DNA from: an uncultured Candidatus Binatia bacterium
Lineage (GTDB): Bacteria; Desulfobacterota; Binatia; UBA9968; CAXXLF01
Length of the DNA: 64,000 bases
NCBI GenBank assembly: GCA_965218425.1
Contig: OZ244621.1
Location: 3,552,001-3,616,000 of the forward strand
Direction of reading: 5' to 3'
Made by a program: the position numbers and the translations under genes. The stretch's first letter is position 1. Every line of letters starts with the position of its first letter. A model generated the notes under the pieces. It saw only the letters and a list, made by a program, of their open reading frames with translations, made no database searches and was not told the origin of the DNA. Of this stretch, positions 61,473 to 64,000 are shown piece after piece.

Positions 61473-63227
61473 TCAAGTCTCTTTCATCACGTCTGAACCG
61501 CGGGTGATACGGCGTGCCACGAGGGTCAGGGTCCCCAATGCAACGACCATGAGTACCGAAAGGGCTGCCGCCTCTCCCGGTTGTCCGGTATCCCATACCC
61601 TCCATAGGTAAACCGATAGGACCTGACTGTCTGGACCGTATAACAGGACTGCAATGGACATGACTTTGATGGTCAGGATTGATACGTACAGGGCGCCATT
61701 AACAAGCGCTGGGATCAATAGTGGTACCCAGATGACCCGCAAGGTGGTCCAAAAGCCTGCTCCGCTTGCCCAGGCGGCCTCCTCCAGCTCTTTGTGGATC
61801 TGCACCACGGCTGCATGGGTGAATCGAGAGCCGATGGGTAAATAATTAACCATGTATGCCAAGACAATAATCCAGATGGTGTTATAGAGGGGGTTATCGA
61901 AGGACAGGAAAAGAATCATAAAGGCTACGCCTACGGTGACTCCCGATACGGCGAAAGGAAGGAAGACCAAGAAGTCCAAAAGTTTGCGCCCCCTCAGGTT
62001 CGTCCGGTGGACAAACCATGAGGCCAGCACCGCAACGAACATGATGCCCCCGCCGCAGGCGACGGCTAATATGATAGTGTTCTGAATGGTGGACCAAAAA
62101 TCCCCGGCACTTACCACCTTTACGTAATTTTCAAAGCTGGCAATGGATAATGCTGCCACTGATGGGATCTGGTAGAACGGCAACAGTGAGGACCAGACCA
62201 GGATGAAAAATGGCAGGAGGACCCCTACGAAGGCGTAAAAGCCCACAAACGCATAGGCAGGGTACTTCCAGGATCCAAGGGGAATGAGACGCGGACGATA
62301 ACCTTTGCCTGCCACCACGGTGTAACGTTCCGAGTGATACAAGGCTCGCTGATAAATAACGAGTGCCGCCACGGTGATGACCACCAGGGTCATGCTGTAG
62401 GCGAAACCAAGCCCATAGTCTGGCGGGAAGGCACTGCGGAGAGAGTAGTAGATGTTGGTGCTGAAGACGAAGATGCGGGAGTTGAATCCCAGGAGCATGG
62501 GAATTTCAAAGGACTCGATGCCGCGAATGAATAGGAGCAATACAACTCCGGCGAGACCCGGTGTCAGCAGTGGAAGGGTCACCTTGGACAGAACCTTTAC
62601 CGTGGAGGCACCGCTGCCGAAGGCGGCTTCTTCCAGGGTTGGGTCCATTCGACGAATAGTTGCCCCGATTAGGAGGAAAGCCAAGGTGCTCATGCTGATC
62701 CCCTCGACCCAGATCATGGCAGGAAGCGAATAGGCGCTGAGCAGAGGGCCATCAAACCCCAGGGCTCTCCACCATTGGTTGAGTAACCCAATTCTCGGTG
62801 AGAGAAGAAAGATCCATGCAATTCCCTTGACCACACTTGGCATAATCAGCGGTACCAATACGATGACCGGTATGAACTGCCTGAAACGCATATCCGTGCG
62901 CTCGGTAATAAAGGCCAAGATCCCGCCTAGGGTCGCCGCGACCACCATGGAACCCACGGCAAACCATAACGAGTTGAGGAGCATGGTGAAGGTCCGGGGA
63001 TTGGAATATGCCTCCCAATAATTCCCCAGGGTGAAATGGCTAAGTCCGAACCCCAGGTCTCCGACGCTTACTTCACGAAAGCTGTTGAGAACCAACAGAC
63101 CCAGGGGAAAGGCCACCAGGACTCCTAGAATCAGGGTAAGAACCCAGAATCCAATCTTCCCTGCGTTGAGCCGAAGTCCCTGAAAGGCGAGAATCACGCG
63201 GGTTTGCCGGGTGGCAGATACACTCAC
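61473..63227 (-). CDS. ABC permease (FbpB-like)
   Basis: Two EAA loops (LEEAAFGSGA, LEEAAWASGA). Confidence 0.92.
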   Translation of the reverse strand: MSVSATRQTRVILAFQGLRLNAGKIGFWVLTLILGVLVAFPLGLLVLNSFREVSVGDLGFGLSHFTLGNYWEAYSNPRTFTMLLNSLWFAVGSMVVAATLGGILAFITERTDMRFRQFIPVIVLVPLIMPSVVKGIAWIFLLSPRIGLLNQWWRALGFDGPLLSAYSLPAMIWVEGISMSTLAFLLIGATIRRMDPTLEEAAFGSGASTVKVLSKVTLPLLTPGLAGVVLLLFIRGIESFEIPMLLGFNSRIFVFSTNIYYSLRSAFPPDYGLGFAYSMTLVVITVAALVIYQRALYHSERYTVVAGKGYRPRLIPLGSWKYPAYAFVGFYAFVGVLLPFFILVWSSLLPFYQIPSVAALSIASFENYVKVVSAGDFWSTIQNTIILAVACGGGIMFVAVLASWFVHRTNLRGRKLLDFLVFLPFAVSGVTVGVAFMILFLSFDNPLYNTIWIIVLAYMVNYLPIGSRFTHAAVVQIHKELEEAAWASGAGFWTTLRVIWVPLLIPALVNGALYVSILTIKVMSIAVLLYGPDSQVLSVYLWRVWDTGQPGEAAALSVLMVVALGTLTLVARRITRGSDVMKET

Positions 63228-63288
63228 GGTTCAGGCCTCTTTTTCACTGATTAGCTCTTCTATTTCGTTTCCGCCGATCTTGATGCCG

Positions 63289-64000
63289 CTACTTGATGCC
63301 TAGTAGTTTGAAGAAGAAGGTTTCAGATTTCTTTTGAATCTTTGTATCAAACATCAGCTCCACGTCCATAGGCGTAGTGTTATCCACCGTGATGTCATTG
63401 TCCGTAAGCCATTTCCCGAGTTTACCGGCCTTGGCCTTTTTGTTGACTGGGACCTTAGCCGAAATAACTTCGGTGTATTCATGCTGTCCTTCGGGCGACG
63501 TGAGGTAGTCGATTAAGAGCCAGGAAGCAGATGGATGTTTAGCACCCTTGAGGATGCCAAAATTACGGAAGGTTCCGCTGAATCTAGGGAAGGCCACAAG
63601 GCCAATGGGTGCCCCTTTGAAATACATGCGAGAAGCTGGTCCCACCACGCCAAACCAAAACATCGGGACCTCGCCTGCGGCCACCCGCTTGATGCCGCCT
63701 CGATAACCCCGACCAATCATTGGTTTTTGTTTTGCCAGTTTTGTGAAGAAGTCGAAGGAGCGCTCCCAGTTCAATTTTCCACCCTTAGACCAGAAGTACG
63801 CCATTTGAGCAGGCATTTCCTCTGATGACCGAGACAACATAGTTTTGCCGGTCCATTTGGGGTCCGTCATCTCTTCCCAGGACTTGGGTATATCTTTGGG
63901 TGATACGAGCTTCGTATTATAGACTCCTTGCACTCTGGGATTCAAAAACGCCTTGATGTAAAGCCCATGCTTCGGTTGCGTTCCCGACGCGAAATCCCGT
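63289..64000 (-). CDS. ABC substrate-binding protein (5' partial)
   Basis: Frame open to window end; YNTKLVSPKDIPKSWEE, PKWTGK, VAAGE, AKHPSAS. Confidence 0.85.
   Translation of the reverse strand, partial: RDFASGTQPKHGLYIKAFLNPRVQGVYNTKLVSPKDIPKSWEEMTDPKWTGKTMLSRSSEEMPAQMAYFWSKGGKLNWERSFDFFTKLAKQKPMIGRGYRGGIKRVAAGEVPMFWFGVVGPASRMYFKGAPIGLVAFPRFSGTFRNFGILKGAKHPSASWLLIDYLTSPEGQHEYTEVISAKVPVNKKAKAGKLGKWLTDNDITVDNTTPMDVELMFDTKIQKKSETFFFKLLGIK

Noticed and set aside
154..63825. Many overlapping or antisense ORFs in the track (e.g. 7851-9176 -, 17022-17846 -, 11417-12142 -)
   Set aside because: Shadows of well-supported genes with no recognisable motifs
15607..64000. Literal iron(III) uptake function for the FbpABC-like transporters
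   Set aside because: Family label only; the catabolic context suggests organic ligands and specificity cannot be read from sequence
1..64000. CRISPR array, tRNA, rRNA, intact transposase or prophage
   Set aside because: No spaced repeats, cloverleaf, rRNA-like sequence or intact mobile gene seen by eye; covariance-model searches were not run

Overview
Bacterial genomic window with two parts. (1) About 1-9.7 kb is GC-richer: a partial LivK-type binding protein coupled to a TorS-like sensor histidine kinase, a STAS protein, an ammonium transporter, a patch of gene debris (integrase remnant, nuclease-like fragment, frameshifted outer-membrane beta-barrel), sthA between REP-like hairpins, and a LivK pseudogene. 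(2) About 10-64 kb is a lower-GC catabolic/transport island with no recognisable regulator, built from paralog arrays: 3 bicupins, 4 Rieske oxygenase alpha subunits with no reductase, 2 OCD/mu-crystallin proteins, UbiD, 2 amidohydrolases, hydantoinase A plus two B subunits, 9 binding-protein-fold genes, 4 permeases, 2 ABC ATPases, 2 signal-less BNR beta-propellers, 3 class II aldolases and 5 PqqC/CADD-like heme-oxygenase-fold (HDO) proteins. The best-supported hidden feature is an OsmC-family selenoprotein (in-frame TGA at the catalytic Cys position plus a SECIS-like hairpin), which the ORF track splits in two. The best candidate for an undescribed system is the repeated module of HDOs + class II aldolase + BNR propeller + ABC importer (39.8-59.5 kb). 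Several genes carry frameshifts, either decay or sequencing error. All calls come from motif reading only; no database searches were run. No rRNA, tRNA or CRISPR array was seen.
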